Program-made: the position numbers and the translations under genes
DNA from: Amoebidium appalachense
Lineage: Eukaryota; Protista; Ichthyosporea
NCBI GenBank assembly: GCA_963693365.1
Contig: CAVNZM010000014.1
Span: 1,178,001-1,242,000 of the forward strand
Reading direction: 5' to 3'
DNA: 64,000 nucleotides
In this document: positions 39,237 through 52,838 of the stretch, in pieces
Layout: every line of letters starts with the position of its first letter
Numbering within the stretch: the first letter of the stretch is position 1
The notes under the pieces: generated by a model
The model's input: only the letters and a program-made list of their open reading frames with translations
Told to the model about the DNA's origin: nothing
Database searches by the model: none

Positions 39237-40931
39237 ATGTGGCGTCCCTGGCAACCCGGGCAGGTGTGCCCACCAGACACCGACATGACAGCCATGAAAG
39301 CAGCAGCCACAAATATTAACAACATTATCTCCAACCGCGAGCACTACCCTGCTACACACACACCAACATCATTGGAGGATGCCTGTCTGCTTGACGGGAA
39401 AACCTCCACATGCACAATCAACCAACTCGTTGCTACGGCCCACTACACAGACAACATGCTTCTTGGCACAAACCCCAACGGTTTCCTCGACTCTGAAGCA
39501 CTTTCCGCTTGCAACATGAAATGTCGAGATGGTCGCACCAAAATGCAAAACGGGACGGGGGATGGCCTTCACAGAAGGAACGTGCCTGTTGAACCGGAAA
39601 ATGGGTATATGCGCGGTGCGGTGTTTGAAGTCAGCGAAGAAGCAGCCCTTGCTTCCATCACCAACATCGATCATGCATCTGGGGGGAACGACAGTGTCTT
39701 CCTCTACGGCTCGGAAACACACTCAAAACACCGTCTGCCTGCACACAGCGAGAATTACACAACGCGAAAATCCGCCCCGGAAAACGGATACTGCAGCAAC
39801 ACACACTTGGGCGGATACAGCCATGCGGGCACCTGTTTTGACGGCTACAACCACAGTTTATGGTCCAACAAGCCCATTCCCAACGGCCGTTGTACTCCTC
39901 TTAGCAACAAGAGCACGTGTGGTTCAAACACATGCCACACGGACAAGGAACGGTACACGGGGCCCCCTATACCCTACTATGCAAACAGTGATTTTAGGCC
40001 GAAAAGCAACGCAGACTCCCGGCTTCATCACGAAAATCCGATGATTACGGATATTTACAACTACACAGACGTTAACCATTCGAATATAAAGATGACACAA
40101 CACACCTTCCCCAACACCGAAACAACCCCACCCCGAAACGGTTTCTTTGACACTGCGTTTTCGTGTCCGTCCACCGCGCCCAATCAAAACACAGCGTCTG
40201 AGTGGGGATTCGCAAATGATTGGTCCCCTACATTTCGCACGGCGCCTGCAAACCACGGCTGCAAAGATTGGGCTACTCTTCGCGACTTCGCCCCGGCCAA
40301 CACCTATCCCAACCATACACCTATGTGTGAATCACCCACCCCGACCACCGCAACTTCCCTCCACCATACTCCTCTCCGTGCTCGACCCCCCCATCGTTCC
40401 CCCCAAACCACAACAGTTTCAGCAAGGAGCACACAGCGCAACATTTTCGTTTCCGTTTTCCCGATTTCCAAAGATAAAAACCCCACGTCGGACCCCTCCA
40501 CCCCACGGCATTGCCAGACAAACACAACGGGTTTTCTGCATTTCGCTATGGAGCGCACCACATGCCAAAAACGCTCAGGGGGGGTCCATAAAAACGGGCG
40601 AATCGCTATCGACGTTGACAGGATGAGCCAATCAAGCGATGGGAGAAGCAGTATTGGGAATTTTTCGACAGTAAGGGGGGTCGTAAAGGCAAAGACAAGT
40701 AGCCGGGGGCATGTGGGTGAAAATTACGCAGAGTTGGTGAGTGTTGGAGGGCTTGCATCTATTATGGACCAGTGGCGGAATCTACCCGTGGAGGTTAGGG
40801 GGATTTACGCGGACAGGGAGAACAAAATGAAGCGAGCACGGAGCAAGACGCAGAGGGAGTGGGCGGAGATGAGAAGAGAGGAAAGCACCGTGCAGGCTGC
40901 TTGGTGTACGGTCAGTTCAGATTGGAAGTAA
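39237..40931 (+). CDS. Intronless 564-aa protein, mostly low-complexity (T/N/S/H-rich), with a possible degenerate C-terminal HMG box
   Basis: Long non-repetitive ORF. C-terminal GFLHFAMER ... SIMDQWRNLPVEVRGIYADRENKMKRAR resembles HMG-box helices. Divergent from the RING/TRAF gene. Confidence 0.65.
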   Translation: MWRPWQPGQVCPPDTDMTAMKAAATNINNIISNREHYPATHTPTSLEDACLLDGKTSTCTINQLVATAHYTDNMLLGTNPNGFLDSEALSACNMKCRDGRTKMQNGTGDGLHRRNVPVEPENGYMRGAVFEVSEEAALASITNIDHASGGNDSVFLYGSETHSKHRLPAHSENYTTRKSAPENGYCSNTHLGGYSHAGTCFDGYNHSLWSNKPIPNGRCTPLSNKSTCGSNTCHTDKERYTGPPIPYYANSDFRPKSNADSRLHHENPMITDIYNYTDVNHSNIKMTQHTFPNTETTPPRNGFFDTAFSCPSTAPNQNTASEWGFANDWSPTFRTAPANHGCKDWATLRDFAPANTYPNHTPMCESPTPTTATSLHHTPLRARPPHRSPQTTTVSARSTQRNIFVSVFPISKDKNPTSDPSTPRHCQTNTTGFLHFAMERTTCQKRSGGVHKNGRIAIDVDRMSQSSDGRSSIGNFSTVRGVVKAKTSSRGHVGENYAELVSVGGLASIMDQWRNLPVEVRGIYADRENKMKRARSKTQREWAEMRREESTVQAAWCTVSSDWK

Positions 40932-40975
40932 ATGTGTTGTTTTTTTGCTGGTTCTTCTCTCTCTCTCTCTTTTTT

Positions 40976-41014
<39 letters not shown>

Positions 41015-41199
41015 AGGGTACGGAATACTACCGGTGTTTTGTATCATGGGTGGTATCGGTGGTGGTGTGTATGTGTGTGTGTGTACGGGGGGGGGGGGGA
41101 GGGAGGGAGGACGCGTAAGGGAAGAAGGGGTTAGAAGAAGGGTTTCTCGTTTTTCGGAGGTCAACAGGTCGCTGTGTGTGTGTGTGTGTGTTTAGAGAG

Positions 41200-41238
<39 letters not shown>

Positions 41239-41983
41239 CTAGGTAGTTATCGATTGCATGGCTTGTCGAACAGCCTTGTTGACGTTTGATAATTATGTAT
41301 ACTGAATTGGTGCACGAATGTGCTCTCTCTGATTGTTGAGTCATAATTTATGTACTCGGATGCCCCACTTGCGCGAAAGACACCTGAATATGGCTTTTTG
41401 ATTATTTGTTAAATTACTTTTTTTTTTTTTTGTGCTACCGGTGCGCATGCACCTACATATCAATATTTGCAGGCTGCTATAAAACTTTTGCAGACTGGTA
41501 GTTTGAAATGATTCGACACCATATTTCTAAAGTTTTTATTGTTTTATAAACTTTTGCGCAGAACCGTGAAACTGAAGTGCTATTTTTTGTGTAAAAGTTC
41601 TGTGAGTGAATTGATTCCTTTTACCATCATCGTCATTACGTCGAATTTTTTTTTTTTTTTGTAATGCCATATGTACATCTCACAACCTTAATGAGCCTTG
41701 CACCTATCCTTGCACCGTGTTTCAACTAGAGGTCGCAAGCACGTGGCTATCGGAGAATGTGCTTATGTATTCCGAAGACTAGTAGTCGGTGAGAAATCGC
41801 AATATTCACTGAGGCTGTATTCAATGTGAAACTTTAAAAACGACATTTCATGCACTCAGAGATCAAATCAGGCATAAGTACAACCGACAACATATTTGTT
41901 TCACATATGCGCGTCACATATTGGAGATAAAAAGTTATTAATATTAATCGTGTATTTCAGCTTTGTTTCAGCCTCCCCCTCGC

Positions 41984-42022
<39 letters not shown>

Positions 42023-42257
42023 ACGTGTGCTTGCCTTCGCCCCTCTCTTTCTCTCTCCCTCTCGAAACTCACACGTTCCGAAGCTCTCTCGTGCACCGAA
42101 TTTCTTTCTCTCTTTTTGTCTCCCCCCCCTTCCCCCCCCCCCCCCCCCCCCCCCCAACCCACCCACCCACCCACCCATCATGGCCACCCTCCCTTCAACA
42201 ACCCCTTCATTTGCACACAACTCAAATGTCCAGACTACGAGCCCATTTATAATGTGC

Positions 42258-42334
<77 letters not shown>

Positions 42335-42366
42335 ACAAAAAAAAAAATAAAAAAATGAAGATCTCG

Positions 42367-42410
<44 letters not shown>

Positions 42411-42699
42411 CACCTCCTATCCGGAGGTCAATGAATACAGGCACTGCTCATCTCAACCACGCTGTTCGGCTAATAATACTCAACAATGGCCATCACCACC
42501 ACTGACCTCTTGGATATGCTATGCTGCAGCAGCCCACTGGTGCCCCCCCCCCCCCCCCCCCCCCACCCCACCCCACCCGACCCCACCCAACCCCACCCCA
42601 CCCCCTACCCCTCCCCCCCCCCCCACACACACACACCTTTCCCCCCCTCTCCCCCCCCCCCCCCCCACACGCACACGCACACGCGCGTGCGCGCGCGCG

Positions 42700-42756
<57 letters not shown>

Positions 42757-44031
42757 GTACTTACACAGAGCTCTTGCAATTCACAGATCTCTTTGAATAA
42801 TATATGGCTAGCTCCCCCCCCTCCCCCCCCCCCCCCCCCCCCCTTCTCTCCCCCCGGGCCGGGCCTACGTATGCGTCCTGCCCACATGCACCTAGCTACA
42901 GCTATAGTATACCCCTGGCTTTCCCTTCTTTGCATTTGTCTTTAGTAGCGAATCCCCAGGCCCTTCTCCCACCTCCCGCAAGTACATGTAACACCCGGTA
43001 GCTATAGGCGTAGACCCTCCTCTGAAACTCACAGCCTGCTTCCGTGTAATACACTCGAATCCTCCTCCCCCCCTCCCCCCTCCCCTCCCGGGCCCCCTCC
43101 CCCCTGTCCCCTCCCTCGCCCGGCCCCCGCGCTGCCGTTTTTCTGGTCCCACTCCACCTCATCCCCCCCCCACCCCCTTCCCCCCCCCCCCCCCCCCACC
43201 ACCACCAATAACCACCACCACCACAAAAAAAAAAAAAAAAAAAAAATGTAAATCGCTTTGGGTGCTCTAAAGATGTGGGTGGGTGTGTGTGTGTGGGGGG
43301 GGTTGGGAGGAGGCAAAGAGGTTTCATTCTTCGATGTGTAAGTACAGTACGGGGGGAGCCAGCCCCATCCAACATGTTCGTTTTTGCAACCATGATCACG
43401 TGTCCAAGAGCACACTGTCGTCACATATCTGTTACGTAATGTACAAAGGACACACAGTTTACAGAGCCAGCCAAGCCAATATATACTCAGCAGACAAAAT
43501 GTAAAAGAAAATACCAAACCGATCTGACAACATGGCCTAGGTCAGGAAACTACTGTACATACTATCTAGGCGGCATGTGACTTTCGCAGAAAAAGACATC
43601 AAAAACATCAATCACTTTTGGAACAGCACCTTCGGATACAAAAAAAAAGGGATACGAAAATGCCCCTCTCCGTCGATGCAGACTGTAAAGGCGAAGGCTA
43701 AAAAAAAAAAAAAAAAAAAAAAAGTCTAGTTGAAGGCCCCGGCTATATGCATTCGTTCCTAGGTATCTTCATAAGCAAACACATTGGCTCATTTTGCTCC
43801 ACCTGTCCTTTGCTTGTGTGTGCCCCAGGCATAGCCCCCCCCCCCCCCCCCCCCCCCCAAAGTGTGCGTCATGATGTGTTGGTATGTGCACACCCCTGTC
43901 CGGATCCCTGAAGAATGCCGAGTGCTTTTGCATCTATTGGCCTACCTTCACGCCAGCCCAGCTCCTAAGCACCCTTACCTACAAGCCAAGAACACCCATT
44001 GAACACTCCCTGTGGCATCAGGTGTGTGTGC

Positions 44032-44064
<33 letters not shown>

Positions 44065-44105
44065 GCAACATATAGAAACATGCCTATCGTTTTTTTTTTG
44101 TTTTT

Positions 44106-44136
<31 letters not shown>

Positions 44137-44200
44137 GGAGAGGGGGAACTACACCGAACACCGCACCCACACGCGTAAACATCCGCTCTCTGTGTTCTCT

Positions 44201-44755
44201 TCAAGAAAGTTGGTCAAAGGCGCTATCGTAAAGCAGTGTCCCCTCACATGGTTCCAAACTTCCTTCTATCAGCTCCAAAACCTGAAACGCATCCCCCGCC
44301 CCAGGAAAGGCGCAACTCAACCCATCCTGTGCCGCTGACCTAAACCCAAACCGGCCGTAAAACTTTGGGCTCCCAAGCACAGCAACAGCGGCATAGCCCC
44401 GTTTTTTGCACTCCTCCAATCCTTTTTTCACAAGCATGGCACCCACACCCGATTTCTGGTGTAATGGCAAGACGGAAAGGGGTCCCAAACCAGCAATTTT
44501 CACTTCTCCAAAATCTGACTTTTCGTCTTGGAATCTCATCTTGGAGAAGGCTATGTGGCCCACAACGGAGCCGTCTTCTCCCACAGCCACGAGGAAAATG
44601 TTGTTTTCTGGATTGCCTTTTCGTAGTGCGTCAACTAGTTTGGCTTCTGGAATTCCAAGCGCATCCGTGTGGATTTTGAACACCGACGCATGGTCGGACT
44701 CTTGCTCCGGCCGAACAGACCAGGTGGGAAGGGCGGCGGCAGGAGCAAAAGCCAT
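44201..44755 (-). CDS. GNAT-family N-acetyltransferase, YhbS-like, intronless, 184 aa
   Basis: VRPEQESD, EAKLVDALR, FLVAV..DGSVVGHIAFS, LGPLSVLPLHQKSGVGAMLV (acetyl-CoA motif Q/RxxGxG), VLGSPKFYGRFGF, terminal YDSAF. Confidence 0.9.
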   Translation of the reverse strand: MAFAPAAALPTWSVRPEQESDHASVFKIHTDALGIPEAKLVDALRKGNPENNIFLVAVGEDGSVVGHIAFSKMRFQDEKSDFGEVKIAGLGPLSVLPLHQKSGVGAMLVKKGLEECKKRGYAAVAVLGSPKFYGRFGFRSAAQDGLSCAFPGAGDAFQVLELIEGSLEPCEGTLLYDSAFDQLS

Positions 44756-45902
44756 GTTGGTTCGGTGAAGGAAAAGAAGTGTCGGGGTCGGGGTATAGGT
44801 ATTATTTGAATGTAATGTTCAAATCAATGGCGACAAAGATGGGTGTCCAAGACAAGGTAAATATTTGTGAAGTTGTAGATTTTTAAGAAAAAAATGAAGG
44901 TGAAGAGGGATGTTTGGGGTTAGCAGTTCACAGGCGGCTAAAAAGGGTGTGTATGTGTGTGTGTGTGAAGTAAATGAACCACAAAGGTACAAAGAGTGGC
45001 TATATATAGTTGTACTTGCAGACTCTTTGACTGCTGACACCTGTCACGTGTCCATGATAAGTAACTGGCTTACACGTACGTGCGCTCGAGTTTTCTATGT
45101 TAAGTAAGAGGTAGAACGGAGGGCGAGCAAGCGCTTATACAGCCAAAAATAAACTAATTATTTAGCCCCTTACAATTGAGTAAACAAGTTTACCAGCTGA
45201 AAACTCGTGTGTTTCGAGTCTGTTCGCCGGTTCGTTGTCACCTCTGACATCTGAGAGCTTGCCAAACGTTTGTGAAGTTTTGTTGACGTCAGTGGGATAA
45301 CGGGAGCTGCGTTTATTTCAACCAGACACATTTTCGAGGGAAGCGCTAATAATATTAGATTGCGAATGAACTGCAATTTATTTTTCTAAAGACCTTGATT
45401 TGCAAAAAAAACAATTCATAATTCATAATCATATAACTTAACCTAAATCGTGCTAATGTACGCCACAGTATATATATATATATATGCATGCTACCGAACG
45501 GACTACTGTAATACTGTACAGTGTACACCTGTTGCCACTATCGAGGAGATTTACCTTCGGCAGTCCGGCAGCCTGGTTCAAAAGTGCAGCCAGAAAACAA
45601 AAAAATTCAAACACATTCAGATTCAGTTTGTTTCAATTCTATTCTTCTGTACATTAACTTATTCTTTTCAAGCTTCCTTCGCTGTTATAGTATATTGTTT
45701 CAGCTACATAAGGCTTGTGCTATATAACAGTAAACACAAAAAACTGTTGGTGTACGCCGTACGGCCAGTTGATAGCTTTGATTGGCTTACAATCATGCAT
45801 TCTAAATCTGCTACATTTTTTCTGTCAAATCTTCCTTTTTGGGCAGTTTACCTGTCCAAAAAAAGAAGGTGCTAGAGGCGTCCATGAGTTTGAAAGCATT
45901 TT

Positions 45903-45938
45903 GATTGGCTGCTGAAACAACGGGGGCTTATATAAAAA
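45903..45938 (+). promoter_or_regulatory. Putative CCAAT (reverse) and TATA elements of the D-LDH-like gene
   Basis: GATTGGCT at 45903-45910 and TATATAAAAA at 45929-45938, ~140 nt upstream of the ATG at 46075, within the divergent GNAT/D-LDH spacer. Confidence 0.4.
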
Positions 45939-46074
45939 CCCCTTTTCGATGGAGTCAGAATACCAAAACAAGGTCTTTTTTTCTGTGGAAATTTGTGTCA
46001 GTTTTCACTTAGGTCCTAGACGAAGCAGCGAACATCGCATCTTCTTGCTTCTGTTAGCAATATACTGAACGAAA

Positions 46075-47332
46075 ATGCCGCTGCCCGAGTATAAGTATGC
46101 CCAGGTGCGTCAATGCAGCAATTGCCTGCGACTGTTTATTGCTTTCTCTACAGATCTAACGATCCTCCAACACAAAACAGCTCACGCATTATTGAGATTT
46201 GCATAAGAAAAAAATGACAGCATTTCTATTCTCAAAAGAAATCTGAGCATGTAGTCATCATCTGCCTTTGTGTCCTCATACTATTCGGTTCTACACCCGG
46301 AGGATCCTTTCGTTACACACACTTGTCTGCCTGTAAAACTGGATACCCGTTCTTTCTGGTCACAACTTAGTCTACTACACTTTGCTCACCTGTCGTTTTA
46401 CAGGTAACCCCTGCCATTGTTGAGGAGTTGACTGCAGCTATTGGCGGTGACAGCACAAGGGTTAAGTTTGCTGGCAACGAGAACGATCTTGAGGAGATTA
46501 AGAAGCACAGCTGGGACCACAGCTACCATGAGCCCCACGACCCAGAGGCCGTGGTTTACCCAAACAGCACCGAAGATGTATGTGCCTTCGAACTGAACTG
46601 AAGCTCATTTTAAACCCATCTGCCTGAATTTTCCTCTAAATTCGTTCATTCTGCTGCATAATATGTCTGCTGTCAAGGGATTGAGTAATTCGATCACTCG
46701 TACTCGATAGCTTACAGGAGAGATTCAATATCATCCCCCCCCCCCCCCCCCCCCCCCCTCCCCCCCTTCCCTTGTGCACACACACACACTAGCCCGAGTC
46801 ATCCGGCCCTGCATGTTCTTTCTTAGCCATGCATCTGGAAACGAGTCGGTTCACAGCTTTCACTTCATGAAGCGCTGTGCGTCCCTCCTCCTCCCCTTCT
46901 CCCCTCTCCCCCTTCCCCACCCCTCTCCATTTTTCTCTTGCCCTCCCTCGTCCCATGGATGGAACCCATTGAGTTGTCGTGCTATGTATATCTCCCCCCC
47001 CCCCCCCCCCCCCCCGCCCTCCCCCCCCACACCCACCCATCCACCCCGCCCACCTTTCCAAACACTCGTCTGCCCAGGTCCGTCATTCCCTCATCTCCCT
47101 CCCCCCGCCCCCCGCCCCCACTTCCCTCCGTCATTTTTCTTTTTGGAGATGTATCCTGTCTGTATCATGTCTCATCCTTCACCTCGCAGGTGAAAGCCAT
47201 CGTGGCTCTGGCAGCCAAACACGTCATCCCCCTGACGACTGCGTCTGCCCGTACGGGTCTTGAGGGCGGTGCCATCCCCATGAAGGGTGGTATTGTCATG
47301 GATATGCAGAACATGAACAAGGTGGGTGCATG

Positions 47333-47372
<40 letters not shown>

Positions 47373-47801
47373 TGCGCGCGCGTGCGTGTGTGCGTGCGTG
47401 CGTGTCTGTGCACGTATATAATGCAATTGATGTACATGTTCCATGCACGTGTAGAAATCAGTACTCATACAGGGGATGATAATCATCCCCCCCCCCCCCC
47501 CCCCCCCCCCCCTCCCCTCCCCGCTCCTTCCTCCTCGCCCTGGAGTACGTGCACTCCAAATGAATAGTGGAAGAGAGTACACGTTCGTGGTTCGATTTGC
47601 CTACAGTCTTTAAGGCTATTGATGAACCTAGGTATGCACTTGAGAGCACCTCACCCTATCAGAATTAATGCTTCACAAAACAGACAAGCTTCTTCATCCC
47701 TCCCCCCCCCCGTCCCCCCCCCCCCCCCCCCCCGCCCTGAATGAAATGCTGGATATTTTAAGAAAATGTTTTCATATACCCCCGCCCCTCCCCCCCCCCC
47801 C

Positions 47802-47832
<31 letters not shown>

Positions 47833-48387
47833 CCCGGTCCCCTTCCTCCCTTTCTCTCCCCCGCGGCCACAGATTCTTGAGGTGCACAAGGAAGACATGC
47901 AGGTGACGGTGCAGGCAGGCATCTACAAGAAGGACATGGTCAAGTTTGCCGAGGAGAATGGCTACTTCTTTGCCGTCGACCCCGGCAGTGAGGCCACCAT
48001 GGGTGGCTATGCCTCCACAGGTATACACCTTCCCTCCCTCCCCCCCCCCCCCCCCCCCCCCCCCCCCTTCCGTGGTGTCTCGGCTTATATTATTTCAACC
48101 ATTAATGCATACAACCCCTCATCCACTTCCCCCCTTCCTCCGTGCTGTCTCTACCTCCACAATTCCCATTCTTTCATACATCTCTCCTCCTCCCCCCCCC
48201 CCCCCCCCCCCCCCCCCGCCCGCCGCCGCCTCCCCTCTCCATCCCCCATACTCGAACGCACCGCATGCATGCAATGTTGCCCTGGCACTTCTACCCCTGC
48301 CCTCTGCCCCTTTCCTCATTAGTTTTCCCACAGCTCCATCGTGCAGTAATGCGATTGTTTACACCCTGTCTCCACGCCTACAGCAAA

Positions 48388-48433
<46 letters not shown>

Positions 48434-48517
48434 CCCCCTTTTCCCCCGCGGGTGCCCGCCCCCGCTGCTGGAATAGAAAGCCATGCACACACTTTCACCT
48501 TTCTCGCCTATCCTTAG

Positions 48518-48550
<33 letters not shown>

Positions 48551-49697
48551 CTCTTCCTCCATCACGGAGACTAAAACACGTATGCCCACGCAGGTGCAAG
48601 CGGTACTCTGTCAGTCAAGTACGGTACAATGAGAGAAAACGTGATTCGTCTGCGTGTGGTGATGCCTGATGGGAGGGACATGTGGACACGTGTGCGCTCT
48701 ATCAAGTCTTCTACCGGCTATGATATCAACCGCCTGTTCATGGGCGCTGAGGGAACCCTCGGAATTGTCACTGAGGTTACACGTGCGTAACTCTTTTTCC
48801 CCCTCTTCACACACACACACACACACACAGAGGGAGAGGGAGAGGGAGAGGGAGAGGGAGAGGGAGAGGGAGAGGGAGAGGGAGAGACAGACAGACAGCC
48901 AGAACACACACACCTCTTTCTCCCCCCCCTTCACACACACACACACAGAGAGAGGGAGAGGGAGAGGGAGAGGGAGAGACAGACAGACAGCCAGAACACA
49001 CAACACACACACACACATAATGATGATACTTACTCTCTGTATGGGCCGGTTTTTGCACCAACCCTCGGGGGGATGGGGTGAGGTGGGGTGCATATACCTC
49101 ATGGTCACAAGCATGTGTTCTCAAGTATGTCTTACAAATGCAAGCATGTATCTCCCCCCCCTTCCCCCCCTCCTCTTCCCTGCCTTGCAATCACTTAGCT
49201 TCCATCAAGTGCTTCCCATCAATCCCCTCCCTCTTCCCTCCCTCCTCCCCCAACATACACATACAAGAAACATATACATCTATACACCCGGCAATCGTCC
49301 TTGGCCATCACATGCATACTCCGATTTTCTAACGTACTGTGTGGGGTGGCGCAGTGAAGCTGTTCCCCAAGCCGGCCGGCATTGTGGCCTCCATGGCCCC
49401 CTTCCCCGACCTCCATTCGTGTGCTAATGCCGTCATTGCCATTGCCGCAAAAATGTAAGCCCCCCCCCCCCCCCCCCCCCCCCCCCAAACATTCACACAC
49501 ACACACACACCACCCCCTGCCTGTCTCCCGTGCTCCCCTTGCATACAACCTCCCCCTTCACCCCCTCCTCGCTGTACTCTTAAAAGGATGCTAACTGCAG
49601 GTTAACTTTTTCGGCGTGTGTTTGTACTGTACTTAAAACAGATGGCTCCATGCACACCACCGGTTCCCTCCAAGCCCCACCTCTGCACAAATCCTCC

Positions 49698-49747
<50 letters not shown>

Positions 49748-49811
49748 ACTCCCCCCTTTACGTTCTCCCCACAATGGGGATGTTGTCTTCCGCCATAACT
49801 ACCCATACCCC

Positions 49812-49874
<63 letters not shown>

Positions 49875-51027
49875 ACACACCTCCTTCTCCCATTACACCC
49901 ATGCATGCGGGCTCACGGACACACAGATACATTGCACTCTAGGATGCCGGGCATGCTTTTCATCGTGTTTATGTAGGGGAAAGGGGATTGGGGGGGATCT
50001 TCTCATAGGAGTGCGATTGGTATTATTGGTGAAAAGATGAAAGACCGAGCTTCATTCATGTGCCAGTTCGGGGGGAGGGGGGGGGGGGGGGGATTAGAAA
50101 ATTGTTGGTTGAAACCACACGAAGGTGCATGTGTGTATGTGTGTGGTGGTGGTGGTTAGTTGGTTGGTTGGTTTTTTTTTTTTTTTTTTTTTTTTGGGGG
50201 GGGGGGGGAGGGGGAGGAAGGGGGAGCTAGAACCCTAACGTTATTAGCTTACCTGCACATTTGCTGACCTCTCTATGCTCCTTTTTAGGCCCACAACTCT
50301 TGCTCGGTGCGAGCTTCTTAACAAGGAAGCCATCGGCTACGTCAACTCTCTGTTCAAGTCCACCCACCCTATCAACCCCACTCTCTTCCTCGAGTTTCAT
50401 GCAACCTTCGATGCTGCAAGCGCTGAAACAGACGCAAAGGCGGTAGGTTTTCTTTTTGGTTGACAGCTACGTGTGCTAATGGAGTTGGGGTGGTGTGTTT
50501 TTCTGTTTTCTTTCTTTCTTTTTTTTGGGGAAGGGTGAAGGGGCCAGGGGGGAGGGAGTAGTGTGGGGGGGGGGGGGGGGGGGTTCTGTGTGTTTGGTGT
50601 CCATAAGGGTTTCTAATCTATCATGCTTAGTCAAGTTGCATACATACCCTTGCAACCCCCCCCCTTCCCCCCCCCTCCACACACATACACACACACATAC
50701 CATAGACATGGTATCGAACGTGCCTTACCCACTCCCACCCACTTCCTCCCAGCCCACCATACCCGACCCCAACCAAAGGGGTTCGATTTTATTCCTCATA
50801 CATCACAAAACAACACCCTTGCACAACTACCACCTACTGCCTATAGACCTTTTTTTTAACAACAACCCATCAGGTCGAGACGCTGTGCAAGGACCACGGT
50901 GCCGTGTCCTACTCGATGACGTCAGACGAGAAGGAGAGGGATGCGCTCTGGCAGGCACGAAAGGGCGCATACTTTGCCTCCTACAAGGCACGCACTGGAG
51001 GCAAGATCAAGGTATCACACACACACA

Positions 51028-51082
<55 letters not shown>

Positions 51083-51562
51083 AATGCATACTCTGTTGTT
51101 ATAAACACGTTCCAACCCCCCCCCCCCCCCCTTCTTTGTGCAAGCCTCTCCCTCCCCCTCCTCCCTCCCCCCCCCCCCTCGCCGTCCCTCACCAATGTCC
51201 ACATCACACTGCCCGTGGTGCATATTTGCACCTCACACTGTGTAAGAGCTGCAACCTCCCCCCCTCCTTCCCCCCCAAACGCCTAAGTGCCCACCTTCCG
51301 CCTCGCACAGCCGCATAAAACTAGATTTGCCCCTCAGACCCCTGTGATCACTCCATGTCCCCAGTTTTCAGCCTTGTGGTGTTTGACCTGAAAGTTCCTA
51401 TATGTCCATGACCTCTGTAACACGTGGACATCCAGTAATATTTGTCCATAACAGCTGTGTGTGACGGATGTGTGTGTGCCAATTTCCAAGTTTGCCGATG
51501 TGGTTGCGGAGACAGAGAAGGACTTTGCCGAGGTAATACCCCTCCCCCCTCAACCTCCCTCT

Positions 51563-51604
<42 letters not shown>

Positions 51605-51895
51605 TCTCTGCCCCCCCCCCCCCCCCACCCCCTTCTCTCTCTCTGTCATTGAGCATGAACTAATGTTTTTGCATACGCTTCATTGTGCTCGATATGTGCA
51701 CAACCAGAAAGTAAAACGTGAGCCTACAGGTTCGCTCAGACTAGTATCTTTGATACTCGTGGCCATGGCCCTGATGATGTTGCAATGACCAGAAAGTGTT
51801 GTACTATAGAACGGATTGCGGTACATGTACACAAAAGCAGCGTCGAGGGGAGACTCAGTGTGTGTGCATTTGTGTGTGAATGGTTTTTTTTTTTT

Positions 51896-51945
<50 letters not shown>

Positions 51946-52157
51946 CTCCAGAGTGTGTTGCCGCAAACCTAACCGCTACCTATTTATGTTCCCCTCACAG
52001 AACTCCAAGACGAACCTGCCGTGCCCCATTGTCGGGCATGCATGTGACGGCAACTTCCACGTAATGTGTGCCTTCGACACCACAAACAAGGAGCAGGTCG
52101 ACGAGCTCAAGGCCCTCGAGCAGCGCATGGTCATCCGTGCCGTACGTGCCCCTGTGT

Positions 52158-52211
<54 letters not shown>

Positions 52212-52838
52212 ACTTGAGAAGAATGCACGTACCACTGTATGTGTGGGTGGGGGGTGGTGTGTTTGCCCATGTGTGTTGGTGTGTGAGAGTACTTTTTTTG
52301 TTGGATTTTTGCATATCTGCATTACGTCGTCTGGTGTAATCTCGTAATTCGCTCTGCCTACCCCATCCCTCCCTCCCCCCCCCCCCCCCCCCCCCCCCCC
52401 CTCCCCCCCCCCCCCCCTTTCCCCCGGGGATCTCTTGCCCCCTCCCATCCATTTTACTATAGGGTAAGAGGGATGGATGCAGGGACCACCACCATATACT
52501 AATTGCACTGGCAACAGCAAATCAGTCAGAGTAGAAGCGTTTACCTTCCTAGAAGATACAGACCCTAACACTCGCTTCATACACAGATCAAGGCCGGGGG
52601 TACTGCATCTGGTGAGCATGGTGTTGGTCTGGGCAAGCGCAAGTACATGGTCCCTGAACACGGGGAGGTTTATGTGGACTACATGGAAAAGATCAAAGCA
52701 GCAGTCGACCCCCTCGGCATCATGAACCCCACAAAACTCTTCCCTACAGAGGCTATGCATCAGGCACTCAAGTCGTGGGATGGCCCTGTGAGCACCATTT
52801 TGTCTGAGGGTCAGGGTGGGTGTGGGTGCGATAACTAA
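46075..52838 (+). CDS. LDHD: FAD-linked D-lactate dehydrogenase-like oxidoreductase (GlcD/DLD1/LDHD family), ~511 aa, 11 exons
   Basis: Exons 46075-46104, 46404-46577, 47190-47321, 47873-48020, 48594-48782, 49355-49454, 50289-50442, 50874-51011, 51455-51532, 52001-52141, 52587-52838 (1536 nt, in phase). Motifs: PEAVVYPNSTEDV, TGLEGG, VDPGSEATMGG, KYGTMRENV, KSSTGYDINRLFMGAEGTLGIVTE, TDVCVPIS, GHACDGNFH, GTASGEHGVGLGK, DPLGIMNPTK. Confidence 0.9.

Noticed and set aside
41900-43500. Intron-like poly-C/(CA)n blocks with short unique islands suggesting a hidden gene
   Set aside because: No phase-consistent coding exons were found. It could be a non-coding transcript or remnant, but that is unsupported.
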